From: Octopus bimaculoides
Lineage: Eukaryota
DNA: 51,481 bases
Direction: 5' to 3'
Assembly (NCBI RefSeq): GCF_001194135.2
Contig: NC_068984.1
Span: 78,621,757-78,673,237, forward strand
The notes beneath the pieces are model-generated. The model did not search any database and was not told the DNA's origin. It was given only the letters and a program-made list of their open reading frames with translations. Shown one piece after another: positions 38,768-51,028 of the stretch. A program made the translations under genes and the position numbers. Within the stretch, counting starts at the first letter, position 1, and each line of letters begins with the position of its first letter.

Positions 38768-38982
38768 GGGTGCGAGCTGGCAGAAACGTTAGCATGCTGG
38801 ACAAAATGCTTAGCGGTATTTCGTCTGCCGCTACGCTCTGAGTTCAAATTCCGCCGAAGTCGACTTTGCCTTTCATCCTTTCAGGGTCGATAAATTAAGT
38901 ACCAGTGAAACACTGGGGTCGATGTAATCGATTTAATCTCTTCCCCTAATATTTCAGGCCTTGTGCCTATAGTCGAAAAGAA
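38768..38982 (+). mobile_element. SINE family B
   Basis: gcgagctggcagaaacgttagc...tcaggccttgtgcctatagtcgaaaagaat; other copies at 42005-42195(-) and 35085-35210(+). Confidence 0.85.
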
Positions 38983-39329
38983 TATAGTCAAATAAATTGG
39001 AGCAGCTCTTATCTTTGAAGACAACTTGTGAAATCATCAGTCTTATTTCCACATTATTAGAGCTCCTCTACAAAGTTATGTTCTATTAAACTGGCATGCC
39101 TTAGAAATAATTTTATATGTGCAAGCATAGGTGTGACTCTGTGGTTAAGAAGCTTGCTTCCCAACCATGATGATCTGGGATTCAATCCCACTGTGTTGCA
39201 CCTTGGGCAAGTGACTTCTAATATGGCTATAGCTCTAGGCTGACCAAAGCCTTGTGAATGGTTGTGTCAGATGGAAACCAAAAGAATCCCATTGTATATA
39301 TGTATGTGTGTTTGTGTATATACTTGTCT

Positions 39330-39600
39330 AGAAATCATGTGATGGTCATAAAAGAGCATCCCTATCATACGAGCAAGGTTGTTCATTTTCAGTTTTCTGT
39401 TAAAATATGTCTAGCTTTGGAAAAACATTACCTTGCTTCGAAACAGGTGAGAGTTGGTGATAAGAAGGGCATCCATCTGTAGGAAAATTTGCCTCAACAA
39501 ATTCCATCTTACTCATGCAAGTATGGGAAAGTTGATGCTGAATGATGATAGTGATAAGGATGATAGTGATGAGGATGATAGTGATGATGATGATGATGAT
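39330..39600 (+). mobile_element. Second LINE-type 3' end family with (GAT)n tail
   Basis: ttaccttgcttcgaaacaggtgagagttgg...aagggcatcc...cctcaacaaattcc; inverted copies at about 5560-5810, 30310-30420 and 42285-42500. Confidence 0.65.
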
Positions 39601-39809
39601 GTATGGAAGTTGTGGGAATGTAGTGATGCTGGTAATGAATATCAACAATTTTTTTTCAAAATGCACTTTACCATTAAAAGCCAAAAAACAAAAGCTCATA
39701 CAATGAATGTAACCTTGGATACACTATGTCTGAAAATAAATGGGATGGACATGGCTGGAATCCTTTGAACATAGGTCAGTCTGATCAGAGGTGACCAGAG
39801 ACCAAGCAA

Positions 39810-40520
39810 CAGGGGCTGTGTAGTAAAAAGTCTGGTTCCAGGTTCAGTCGCAATGTGTGTCATCTTGTGAATGGGTTTTGGTAGATGGAAACTGAAGGAA
39901 GTGTGTATGTGTGTGTGGTGGGGGGTATGTATGTGTTTGTGTTTGTCTCCCACCACTGCTTGTCAACTAGTGGTTTGGCAAAAGAGACTAATAGAGAAAG
40001 TACCAGGCTTAAAGTAAAAATACTGGAGACAATTATTTGACTAAAATTCTTCGAGGTGGTGTCCCAGCATGGCCACAGTCTAATGGCTGAAACAAGTAAA
40101 AGATAAAAGGTACAGTAGTGCTCAAGCATATAATGGTGTGAGTTGAAAAGTTTCAATCATCTTTATTCCTTTTTTCTTCTTTTACTTGTTTCAGTCATTT
40201 AACTGTGGCCATACTGGAGCACCACCTTTAGTCAAACAAATCGATCCCCAGACTCATTCTTTGTAAGCCTTGTACTTATCCTATTGGACTCTTTTGCCAA
40301 ACTGCTAAGTTACGGGGATGTAAACATGCCAACATTTGTTGTCAAGCGATGGTTGGGAGACAAGCACACACACGCACGCACGCTCGACAGGCTTCTTTCA
40401 ATTTCCGTTGGCCCACGGCTGTAGTAGAAGACACTTGTCCAAGATGCCACGCAATAGGACTGAACCTGGAACCATGTGGTTGGCAAACAAGATTCTTACC
40501 ACACAGCTATGCCTACACCT
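39810..40520. mobile_element. Two family A SINEs arranged tail-to-tail
   Basis: Plus-strand copy at about 39810-40112; minus-strand copy at about 40165-40520. Confidence 0.75.
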
Positions 40521-40609
40521 CTGCACACAGCTACACCTACGCCCATGCACACAGTTACACTTACATCTAAGTACACAGATGCGCCTACGCCTATTAATTA
40601 AGAATATCT

Positions 40610-40923
40610 TTAATCCTTTTGTTATCAACCTAGCCAAGATTGCTCCTGATTTTATGATGAAGCTTTCTGTAAACAATTATCTGAATTAGAGACCTTCCAT
40701 AAAAATATAAAATCTATGTCATTATTTTCAAAATTAATTGACACAACAATAGTAAGGACTTGTAGGAACATGGCATTTTGTTATGCAACTATAATATATT
40801 GTAAATATATATTAAGCATTTTTATTTTTCATAAATCAACCATAATATACTGTGAAGTATATTAGACATTTTAAACTGTTAACATAGTGTGTTGTAACAA
40901 AATTTTAGTAATAAAAGAGTTAA
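40610..40923. mobile_element. TTAA-flanked MITE (second piggyBac-like family)
   Basis: ttaatccttttgttatc ... tagtaataaaagagttaa; a related partial end lies at about 41800-41914. Confidence 0.55.
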
Positions 40924-41374
40924 AGGTTTCCAGACAATGCAGATTTGAGTGGATCTGATTTTAGCTTAAACCTAACAGGAAAAGGAAACACTTACAGTGA
41001 AATTTTATTGGCAAACAATCCTGTAATTGAATACCTACATCAGTGTTTCCCAACCAGGGTTCCTTGCAACCCTAGGTGTCTTCAAGTAGTTGTTACAGAT
41101 TGTACAGGAAATAATGATAAATGAGCTAGTTGTAGCCAACTGCATTTTTGAAAGTAGTTTTATCTTTTTATACATGCTTTATTATTTCTTAATGTAGGAA
41201 ACTCCTGGCATCTGCAGGTAGTAAAAAGATTTTTCTCGAAAAATAAAAATTACTTCTTATTTGGGAATTGGTGGGGAACTCAGTCTAAGCATTTGCATGG
41301 TTAAGATGAGGTTTCTTAACCCTTTTGACATCAGCCTGCTCAAGACTGTCCCTTTTGGTCCCATAATACAGGAC

Positions 41375-41517
41375 TGGCTGTATGGTATGAAAATTGCTTC
41401 TTAACCACATTGTTCGGGTTCAGTCTCACTGCATGGTACCTTGGGCTTCTACTATAGCCTCAGGCCAACCAGAGCCTTGTGAGTGGGTTTGGTAGATGGA
41501 AACTGAATAAAGCCTGC

Positions 41518-41549
<32 letters not shown>

Positions 41550-41800
41550 TGTCTGTATGCACACACACACACACACACAGAGAAATGTATGTATATATGT
41601 GTCTTTGTTTCCCCCCCCCCCAGCACCACTTGACAACCAGTATTGATGTGTTTACATCCCTGTAACCTAGCGGTTCAACAAAAGAGATTGACAGGATAAG
41701 TGCCAGGTTTAAAAAGAGAAAAATAAGTACTGGAGTTGATTCATTCAACTACAAATGCCAGCATGGCATCAGTCCAATGAATGAAATAAGTAAAAGATAA
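41375..41800 (+). mobile_element. SINE family A
   Basis: Full layout with central (TATG)n(CA)n. Confidence 0.8.
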
Positions 41801-43565
41801 AAGTTAAACACTAGCTTAATGATAAAGTTATTTTACTAAAATTCTTCATTACTTCCAAAATTAATATAAACTGAGGCAATGTATAGCAGCAGGGGTAGTA
41901 ACAAAAGGGGTTAAACATTTTGTAGAGCATTTGATGGATTTAAATGCTGCCAAATCTTTCCAAGATGATTTCATGATTTGTTTTATTACATATTGATTTC
42001 AAGGGCAGCAGGTTTGGGGGAAGGGCTGAGTTGATTAAATCAACCCCAGTGTTCAACTGGTACTTATTTTGTTAATCTCGAAAGGATGGAAAGCAAAGTT
42101 GACCCTGGTGAAATTTGAACTCAAAAACATGAGAATGGATGAAATGCCACTAAGCATTTTGCCAGCACGCCAACGATTCTGTCAGCTCACCACTTTTGTT
42201 TTATCACATGTTTGAAATTTATCTTCATGAAAGAGAAAACAAAATATTAATTTGATCAATTTTATCACCATGAATTTAACATTCACATTTCCACACTGGC
42301 ATTATTCAAATGGAATTCATTGAGGCAGATTTTATATGGACAATTGCCCTTCCTGTTGCCAACTCTCACTTGTTTCAAAGTAAGGTCATATTTCCCCATG
42401 GCTGGACAAATTTTCATGGAAAACTGGTGATGAGGGACACTGCTTGTATGGTGGTGATGTTCATTTATTACTATTGTGATGTTAAGACAAGGAGGCTCAT
42501 GCACGATGCATGCATGCATGTGCGCACACACACACACACGAAGGGCTTTTTCGGTTTTCATCTAAATCCACTCACACAATTTTGTTTAGCCTGGGGTTCT
42601 ATGAGAAGACATTTGGCCAAGATGTCACACAGTGGGACTGAGCCCAAAACCTCATGGTTGGGAAGAAAACTTCTTAACCATGCAGCAATGATGGCACTTT
42701 TTTTATGTAAAAGTTCCTTGTGACATGAAATTTATTTCAAGTGTTCCCCAAAATGTTAAAGTTGGGAGGCATTATTTTTCAGAGTCACTGTTGCTTGAGC
42801 TGTTAGAAATAACAGTCTAAGTTTCTCTCAAATTACACTCTGCTATCTTCAAAAGTGGAAAGACTCATTTGGTTATGTAAATTTTGAAAGGAAGCTTGGA
42901 TGGTCAAAGCTGAGATTCTTATCACCCCAAATCTGGTCTGATTAATGCTCACCTAAGTCTATGTAATGACTATCATACAGCTACAGCTTTAACTGTAACA
43001 CAGAAAGGAGACTCTGCATGGTTGATCTGTCTGCTAAAATAGCAAATAAATCTACCTCATAATCACAACCTTTCATTTAAAAAAAAAAAAAGTCAGAATG
43101 CATTAACTATTGTAGTCTGTGGTACACAATGCCTGAAAAACGAGTGAAAGAAGTTAGGATTATTGTGTCTGCTATAACATTAATCATAAATCTATTCAAT
43201 CAGAGCCAACTCTGGAGTTAAAAAACAACAACAACAACAACAACAACAACAGCCATCACCAATGATCCATGATCAGCTATTGCAACAAACAACATTTAAC
43301 TACACCCATCTCACATTGCTACCCACAATTATTGTTTTCAAACTTGCTCCCCCACCAACTTCCATCTGTTTGTCTTCCTTTCTTTTCTTTCAATGGTTCT
43401 ATCAGTCAGTCTCTTTTTTTTTTTTTTTTCCTTCTTTCCTTCTGTCTGTCACTTTTTTTCTTTCTTCTCTTTTTTTATTTCCTTTTTCACAAAGAATGAG
43501 GCAAGGAGGGCATGTTCGAGTGATTCTTCAAGTTTTTTTTTTTTATAAATTGAATGCAGCCCAGG

Positions 43566-43621
<56 letters not shown>

Positions 43622-44245
43622 CCACACTGACTGTCTCTCCCACTCTCTTTCCTCTCATTCTCAGTCACATTGTAACACTATTGGCTGGCTGGCCAGCTGC
43701 CGTGTTAGCTGACTGCAGTTTGCATCTAACAAATCTTTAGGGTTATTGACATGTTGAGATAATTTTGGTGTACTTCTACATGCATGCACATAGCCAACAA
43801 ATAGCTACACACAAGATTCATCTATATCCACAAAAATGAAAATATATTTATATGCATATATGTGTGTGTTTATGTAAAGTTATATAGAAAAACAATGCAA
43901 CAGTAAATTGAAGGATCACTCAATAGTGTAGCACTGTCATTATTTGTTTTTTATGATAAAAGGTTGGCAATGACTTTGATTTACTTGTCATTATCTAAAT
44001 GTATAGCCTTAGAGTTTTACTTATTGGTGGCAGCGGCAGATCATCTGGTGGGTGGAGCAATGTTTATGCAAATGAGGTTGTAGTGTAATGTAAATGAGGT
44101 TGTAGAGAGAAAGAATTGGTTGTATAAAAAGCAGAAAGAAGAAGGAGAGGCAAAAAGTATGTGTTTTGTGAGGTGGTGGGAGAAGAAAGGATGTTGAAGA
44201 CAACTTTTCTGGTTTGGCAATGAAAAGGTTGTGGTGGTTTGATAA

Positions 44246-44722
44246 CACTGGACAACAAAGATTTTGCTACTGGGGTAAAAGCATGCGATTTAGACTAAAT
44301 CGAGGATGCTGATTCTGAATCCACACTCAGAATTGTTCAAGCATGTTAGGATTTTGAGCTATGCATATGCACAAGATTATAACTATACTTTCGGCTAAAT
44401 AGAGGCCGTATTATAAAATTTGCTAAAATGAAAGCAGTCTTAATTCAAAATAAAAGAAATAAGAGCAATAAAGCAAATGATGAGAAAGTTCAATATTTAG
44501 TTTAGCAATAGATGGCACTGACATATTGTGTGCAAGCACCAAATACGTCAGTTTGTTCTTGGTAACTCTCAGTGTCATTTGCGCTGCCGTCATGTGTTGT
44601 GTGTGTATCTCTTGTTCTGTGTGATTATTGTTTTAACTGTGTTCATTGTGTTAGATCATGAATAGGAAAGGCTGTGTGAATAACCCAGACAATTTTTGTT
44701 ATGTCTGTGGAAAATTTGCCCG
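44246..44722 (+). mobile_element. 5' end of a Chapaev3-like (CMC) DNA transposon
   Basis: TAA|CACTGGACAACAAAG terminus (TWA target); ATG at 44658 gives MNRKGCVNNPDNFCYVCGKF, matching the C-x-N-x-P-D-x-F-C-Y-x-C-G N-terminus I associate with Chapaev3 transposases. Confidence 0.65.
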
Positions 44723-45500
44723 AGAGGTCTGTAAAATCTAAATCTGTCAGTTTGCCCAGTCCCCATGTTATTCCAAAACTGGAGCTATCCATTGCTTTCT
44801 GCATAATGAAATCAATTGCTGTCAGGAACAAAAATAGTGCAGCCCCATGTCATTTTACTTGCAATTTCAAACATAAGTGTTGGCATGGCTGTGAGGTAAG
44901 AAAATTGCTTCCCAACCACATGTTTCTGGATTCAGTCCCACTGCTTGGCACCTTGGCCAAGTGTCTTCTACTATAGCCTCAGGCTGATCAAAGCCTTGTG
45001 ATTGGATTTGGTAGATGGAAACTAGATGAAGCCTGTCCTATATATATGCATGTTTATATCTATGTACATGTGTCTTTGAGTCTGTTTGTCCCCCACCGTC
45101 ACTTAACAACCAGTGTTGGTGTGTTTACGTCCCCATAACTTAGCAGTTCAGCAAGCGAGATCAATAGAATAAAATGGTGCCCTAGCATAGATACAGTCTA
45201 ATAACTGAAACAAATAAAATATAGAAGATATTGGTGGCTCTGCTGCTCATCTTCACATTACACTGTGAGTTCCTGTACAGAGACTTCAAGATATTAATAT
45301 ATCTGCTTGTATCACAGTGTATCACAGTGAACACTGTCAAATGCTTTCTTAAAGTCTGTGAAATTAATAAGCAGCTGCACTCTGTGTCTTCTGCTTTGCT
45401 TGATTATATTCCCCAACTTGAAAATCTGTTCCACACAGGATCTGCAACTCTGAAAATCTACCTGCTCTTCTCTCAACACAGCATCAATCTCCTACTTTAA
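44723..45500 (-). mobile_element. LINE reverse-transcriptase fragment (RTE-like) interrupted by a family A SINE at about 44872-45225
   Basis: EIDAVLREEQVDF..RSCVEQIF..NII..NFTDFKKAFDSVH..YINILKSLYRNSQC; after the SINE, FEIAS..GC..FLTAIDFIMQKAMD..WGLGKLTDLDFTD. Confidence 0.85.
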
Positions 45501-45654
45501 TCTAATCATCATTATCATCATCGTTTTAGCATACACTTTTCCATGATCACACTTCCCTCTACCAATCTTAGAGGGTCTCCCCAAAAATGATCTTTGGTGC
45601 TTCCTGTTCTTCTCTGATTGAGGCATCAAAAGAGAAGTAAGGTCATTGGATAAT

Positions 45655-46050
45655 CTTTTATATATTCCAGTCATTGGATTGTGGCCATGCTGGGGCACAG
45701 TCTTAAAGGGTCTAGTTGAACAGATTGACCCTAGTTGAACAGATTGACCTTTTTAAGCTTGGTACTTATTTGTTCAATATCTTTTTGCCAGATCGCTAAG
45801 TTATGGGTAAGTAACCAAAACAACACTGGTTGTCAAGTATTGGTGGGAAAAACACACACACACACACAAACACACGCGCACGCGCGCTGGGTTTCTTTCA
45901 GTTTCTATCTACTGAATCCACTCACAATGCTTTGGCCAGCCCAGGGCTATAGTAGAAGACATTTGCCTAAAGTGCCATGTGGTGGGACTGAATCCAAGAC
46001 AACATTGTTGGGAGACATGCTTCTTAAACATACAGACATGCTTGCACCTA
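45655..46050 (-). mobile_element. SINE family A
   Basis: Full layout on the minus strand; carries a 19-bp internal duplication (ctagttgaacagattgacc x2). Confidence 0.8.
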
Positions 46051-46596
46051 TGTATGCATAAAATATATGCACATGTATGTTTATTTATATCATTGTATAT
46101 ACATGTAGGTGTCTTCATAGTAAGAATTTGCTTCTCAAGTATCCAATGTTTGCCTTTGTTTGTGTTTTGACCTTCAATGTTACAATTTCAGACATGAGAG
46201 GTGGATGCAGTTGTTTGCAATTTGAATCTTAAGAAATAGGGTGTGTTCTGACCATCTGGAAGGAGTATTATTTATTTTGCTTGCCCCTCCAATATCTATG
46301 CATGTACCTATCTACCTGCCTAGCTGAATGACTCAGCTGTTGCACTCTCTCTTTATGGTTGAGCAGTTAAGAGTAGTAGTCGTTGGAGTAGTAGGAACAG
46401 GAGGCATCCATCCAGTTTGCATAACAGTTTTGTTCCGATTGTGTGTGTGTCTGTCTGTATATATATATGTATTCATTTAATATCAAAACAATTTTGTTAA
46501 AACCCATCCCATTCAAACTAGCAAAATATGAAAATTTGTGTATAAAATCTGTTTCTATGCAATTCAGAGAACAAAGCATTTTGCACTACTACGGAT

Positions 46597-46638
<42 letters not shown>

Positions 46639-46692
46639 GAGTGGACAAATGAAAGAAAGGGCACTCAAAACATTTAGTACGAGTTACATGTA

Positions 46693-46836
46693 TTATTTAA
46701 AACAATTTCATTTGGCTCCGTGCCTTTTTAAGTTTCACAGGCCCCCAACGGGAGCCTTTTCTAAAGGAGTTGGGCTCCCATTAGGGGCCTGCAAAACTTA
46801 AAGTAGCACGGAACCAAATTAGGCTGGTTTAAATAA
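46693..46836. repeat. 144-bp imperfect inverted repeat (foldback)
   Basis: 46710-46756 pairs with 46773-46819 (39 of 47 Watson-Crick); outer 9-bp stem in the same register; 16-nt loop. Confidence 0.9.
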
Positions 46837-47173
46837 CAAACACACATGCATGCACATGCACACACACACACACACAAAAGTTTCTTCAATTGCCATCTAC
46901 CAAATCCACTTACAATGCTTTGGTATGGAACTAAAGAAGAAAACTCTTGTCCAAGGTATCATAATACATTGGAACTGAACCTGAAATCATGTCATTCAGA
47001 AGTACTCTTCTCAACCACACTGCCAAGTTCACACCATACATACACTTGTGCATGTATCTATATCTATCTGTCTGTCTGTCTGTCTATATATGTGTGTGTG
47101 TGTATATATACATATATATACATGTATATATATAAATGTGTATGTATATATGCATATATATTTCTGTGTCTAC

Positions 47174-47215
<42 letters not shown>

Positions 47216-47853
47216 NNNNNNNNNNNNNNNNNNNNNNNNNNNNNNNNNNNNNNNNNNNNNNNNNNNNNNNNNNNNNNNNNNNNNNNNNNNNNNNNNNNNN
47301 NNNNNNNNNNNNNNNNNNNNNNNNNNNNNNNNNNNNNNNNNNNNNNNNNNNNNNNNNNNNNNNNNNNNNNNNNNNNNNNNNNNNNNNNNNNNNNNNNNNN
47401 NNNNNNNNNNNNNNNNNNNNNNNNNNNNNNNNNNNNNNNNNNNNNNNNNNNNNNNNNNNNNNNNNNNNNNNNNNNNNNNNNNNNNNNNNNNNNNNNNNNN
47501 NNNNNNNNNNNNNNNNNNNNNNNNNNNNNNNNNNNNNNNNNNNNNNNNNNNNNNNNNNNNNNNNNNNNNNNNNNNNNNNNNNNNNNNNNNNNNNNNNNNN
47601 NNNNNNNNNNNNNNNNNNNNNNNNNNNNNNNNNNAAAAGGCGGTGCTCCAGCATGGCCACAGTCAAAAGACTGAAACAAGTAAAAGAATAAAAAGAGTAT
47701 ACGTATATATATATATATACATATATATGTATATATTTATATATATACATATATATGTATATATTTATATATATACGTATATATATACATATATATGTAT
47801 ATATACATATATATCTATATATACATATGTATATATATACATATATATATATA

Positions 47854-48080
47854 CAGATCGCTGACCACTACATTTAAATTTTTTTTCTCCTTATTTCTTT
47901 CTGTTGAAGAGCGTAGCTCGAAACGTTAAAGACTTTCTCTATTCCCGAGCGTTAAACTAATACATACANNNNNNNNNNTAAAGACTTTCTCTATTCCCGA
48001 GCGTTAAACTAATACATACATCCTTTTGTTGTTTACACCACCTGTCCTCGTCTGTTGTTGTTTTTTTCGTAAATTCTCCC
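47854..48080 (+). mobile_element. Short Penelope-like/retrozyme-like element, diverged copy 3
   Basis: Same hammerhead-like block at 47896-47932 (GUU triplet), divergent flanks, in TA-rich microsatellite; contains a 10-N gap with duplicated edges. Confidence 0.7.
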
Positions 48081-49420
48081 ATATATATGTATATATATAC
48101 ATATATATCTATATATACATATATATCTATACATATACATATATATATATATATATGTTAACTTGTGTATATGTATATATATAGATATAGGTATGCATAT
48201 ATCAATGTATTTATGTGTGTATTTGTGTGTCACGAATTCCAGTGCATTTTCACCTCTTTTGCATGTCTTCATCTGTCCATATGGAATGAAATAATTTCGT
48301 TTTCTATCTTCATGTATGCATATATTTAAATTTGTGGAGATGTATATACATACATACATATTTATCTATATTTATTCATATATATATCCACACACACACA
48401 CACACACATATATCTATATACATATATAGTTTTGACTTCATGAGAATTTTATAAGCTTTGACTAGAGTTCAAAATATTTCTTGGTTGGAATACTGGCTCA
48501 TGAAGCACATGATGTGCAAAATATATATGTGTATATATACATCTATACTATATGCATATATATGTATATGGATTTATGATATATATATATATATATATAT
48601 ANNNNNNNNNNNNNNNNNNNNNNNNNNNNNNNNNNNNNNNNNNNNNNNNNNNNNNNNNNNNNNNNNNNNNNNNNNNNNNNNNNNNNNNNNNNNNNNNNNN
48701 NATAGAGAACATTTTCCTTCATCAGCTACCCCCATTCTAACACAGGTGTTTAGCTATATATATGTACATACACACATGGTGGTGTTTGTTTCATTATAGA
48801 CCATTTTCCATACCCAAAGGGAGAAAAAACCTCAAGCAAAACATAATACATATGCATGCTCACACAGATGCGTGTGCGAACTCGCATTCTTCTCTCTATA
48901 TGCCTCTCTCCTTCAATCTCCTGTTACCTTCTTTGCTTTCCTATTGGATTACTGCTGTTGTCGTTTGAAGATCAAAGTCTATAGTTTTGATGACTTTGCC
49001 CTTTTGGAAGAAGAAATTAGCAACTTTTCAATATGTGTGTGTTTTTAAAATATATGCTTTTCAAATTACTTTTGCATTTAGTTAATGTGTCTACTACATG
49101 TATGTGCGCTTGAGTAAATACATATGTATGTATGTATGTATGTGTGTGTATAAATATATTTATATATATACACACACACATATATATACATATTATGTTT
49201 GTTATGCATATCTATATATAATTATATATTTTGGCTTCAAATGTGTGTGTGTAATGTACATAATGCATATTACACTGATGTGTGTATATGTATATATAAT
49301 ATGTTATATGCATATAACGCATATTACATTTATATCTGTGTGTGATTGTATGTGTGTATATGTATATATAATATGTTATATGCATATAACGCATATTACA
49401 TTTATATCTGTGTGTGTTTG

Positions 49421-49458
<38 letters not shown>

Positions 49459-49617
49459 TGTTTTTCAGAATGAGATAAAAAACCAAGGCTGTGAATATTT
49501 TTGAACATTTATAAATAGAGCTTAACTATGGGCTATCCGTAGCACTTACTCAGCATTACCTGACACCTTTGGGTCTTATTAACACCATCACCTCTCATAA
49601 CCTCCATATATATATAT

Positions 49618-49985
49618 ATGGGTGTGTGGTAAAAAGTTTGCTTCCCAACTACATAGTTCAAGGTTTAGTCCCACTACATGACACCCTTGTACTATAGTCT
49701 TGAGTGAACCAAGCCTTTGCAGTGGATTTGATAGATGGGAACTGCAAGAAGTATGTAGGTGCTTGTGTCACTGCTGCTTGACAACTGGTGTTGGTGTGTT
49801 TACATCCCTGTAATTTAACAATATGGTCAAAGAGACCAGTAGAATAAGTACCCGTCTTAAAAAAAAGCAAGTCCTGGAGTTGATTCATTTGAGTAAAATT
49901 CCTCAATGCAGGAATTTTAGTTTTCTTCAAATTTTAGAATTCCTCATCTATCATGGCTGTAGTCTAGTGACTGAAACAGGTAAAA
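49618..49985 (+). mobile_element. SINE family A, decayed
   Basis: gtgtggtaaaaagtttgcttcccaac...cttgacaactggtgttggtgtgtttac...gactgaaacagg. Confidence 0.7.
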
Positions 49986-50011
49986 TATAACTTAGAAAAG
50001 GCATATATATA

Positions 50012-50495
50012 CCATAAATCCTTGAGTATAATCCGCATTTTTTCCCAAAAATTTAAAGGTCAAAATCCCTAGTGTGTACTATATACGAGGTTAAAAAGGA
50101 AAAATATTTTATAAGCAATGTCCAAGTCTCAGTCTCTATTTGCTGCCCGGCAATGTTTATTCAGATGCATTTTGTGATGTCAGGAGCAAAAATACTTTAA
50201 ACTAATACCTTAAGCTATATTTATTTTTCACTGATGTTATTACTGTTATTTCTTTATTTTCTGCAAGCAAAGTGCACAAAAAAGCTACACGTTTGCATTA
50301 CATTATGTATACAATAATAATAAAGGATGTTACCGTATATATGTTTAGAAACCAAGGACGTTATATAGACCTCTTTAACTCAAGTTAGAGAAGGGGTGCG
50401 TATTGTACACAAAGTTTAGGTTTCTCAGAGGTACAGCCCCTTAAAAATCCCCTGCGTATTATACTCAAGGGCGGACTATACTTGAGGATTTACGG
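50012..50495. mobile_element. pogo/Tigger-type MITE, copy 2
   Basis: TIRs CCATAAATCCTTGAGTATAATCCGC / GCGGACTATACTTGAGGATTTACGG, TA on both sides. Confidence 0.85.
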
Positions 50496-50496
50496 T

Positions 50497-50544
<48 letters not shown>

Positions 50545-50607
50545 CATATTTTATCTTTGCATATAAATATATATGTAACGTATATAATACATATTTTATT
50601 TATACAA

Positions 50608-50755
50608 GAAGCTTGCTTCTCAACCACATGATTCCAGGTTCAGTCCCACTACATGGCACCTTGCACAAGTGTCTTCTACTATAGCCTCAGGCTGGCCAAG
50701 GCCTTGTGAGTGGATTTGATAGACGGAAACTGAAAGAAACCCATCATACATACGT

Positions 50756-50787
<32 letters not shown>

Positions 50788-51028
50788 GTGTGTGTGTGTG
50801 TATATATAATGTGTGTCTGTGTTTGCACCCCACCATCACTTCTTCACAACTGATGTTGTTATGTTTATGTCCCCATAACTTAGCAATTCAGCAAAGAAGT
50901 CTGATGGAATAAATACTGCGCTTGCAGGAAATAAGTCCTCCAGCATGGCCATAGTCCTCCAGCATGGCCATAGTCCTCCAGCATGGCCATAGTCAAATGA
51001 CTGAAACAAGTAAAAGAATAAAAGAATA
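50608..51028 (+). mobile_element. SINE family A with internal deletion and 19-bp triplication
   Basis: Family A layout; agtcctccagcatggccat x3 at 50934-50990. Confidence 0.85.

Noticed and set aside
41041-41290. Possible second hAT MITE starting CAGTGTTTCCCAACC
   Set aside because: The right TIR is too degenerate and no 8-bp TSD could be confirmed.
47928-48019. Apparent tandem duplication in element copy 3
   Set aside because: Flanks a 10-N gap; most likely a scaffolding overlap rather than a real tandem unit.
48940-49010. Coding-looking frames on both strands (GKVIKTIDFDLQ; KIKVYSFDDFALLEEE)
   Set aside because: Too short, weak splice sites, no family recognised.
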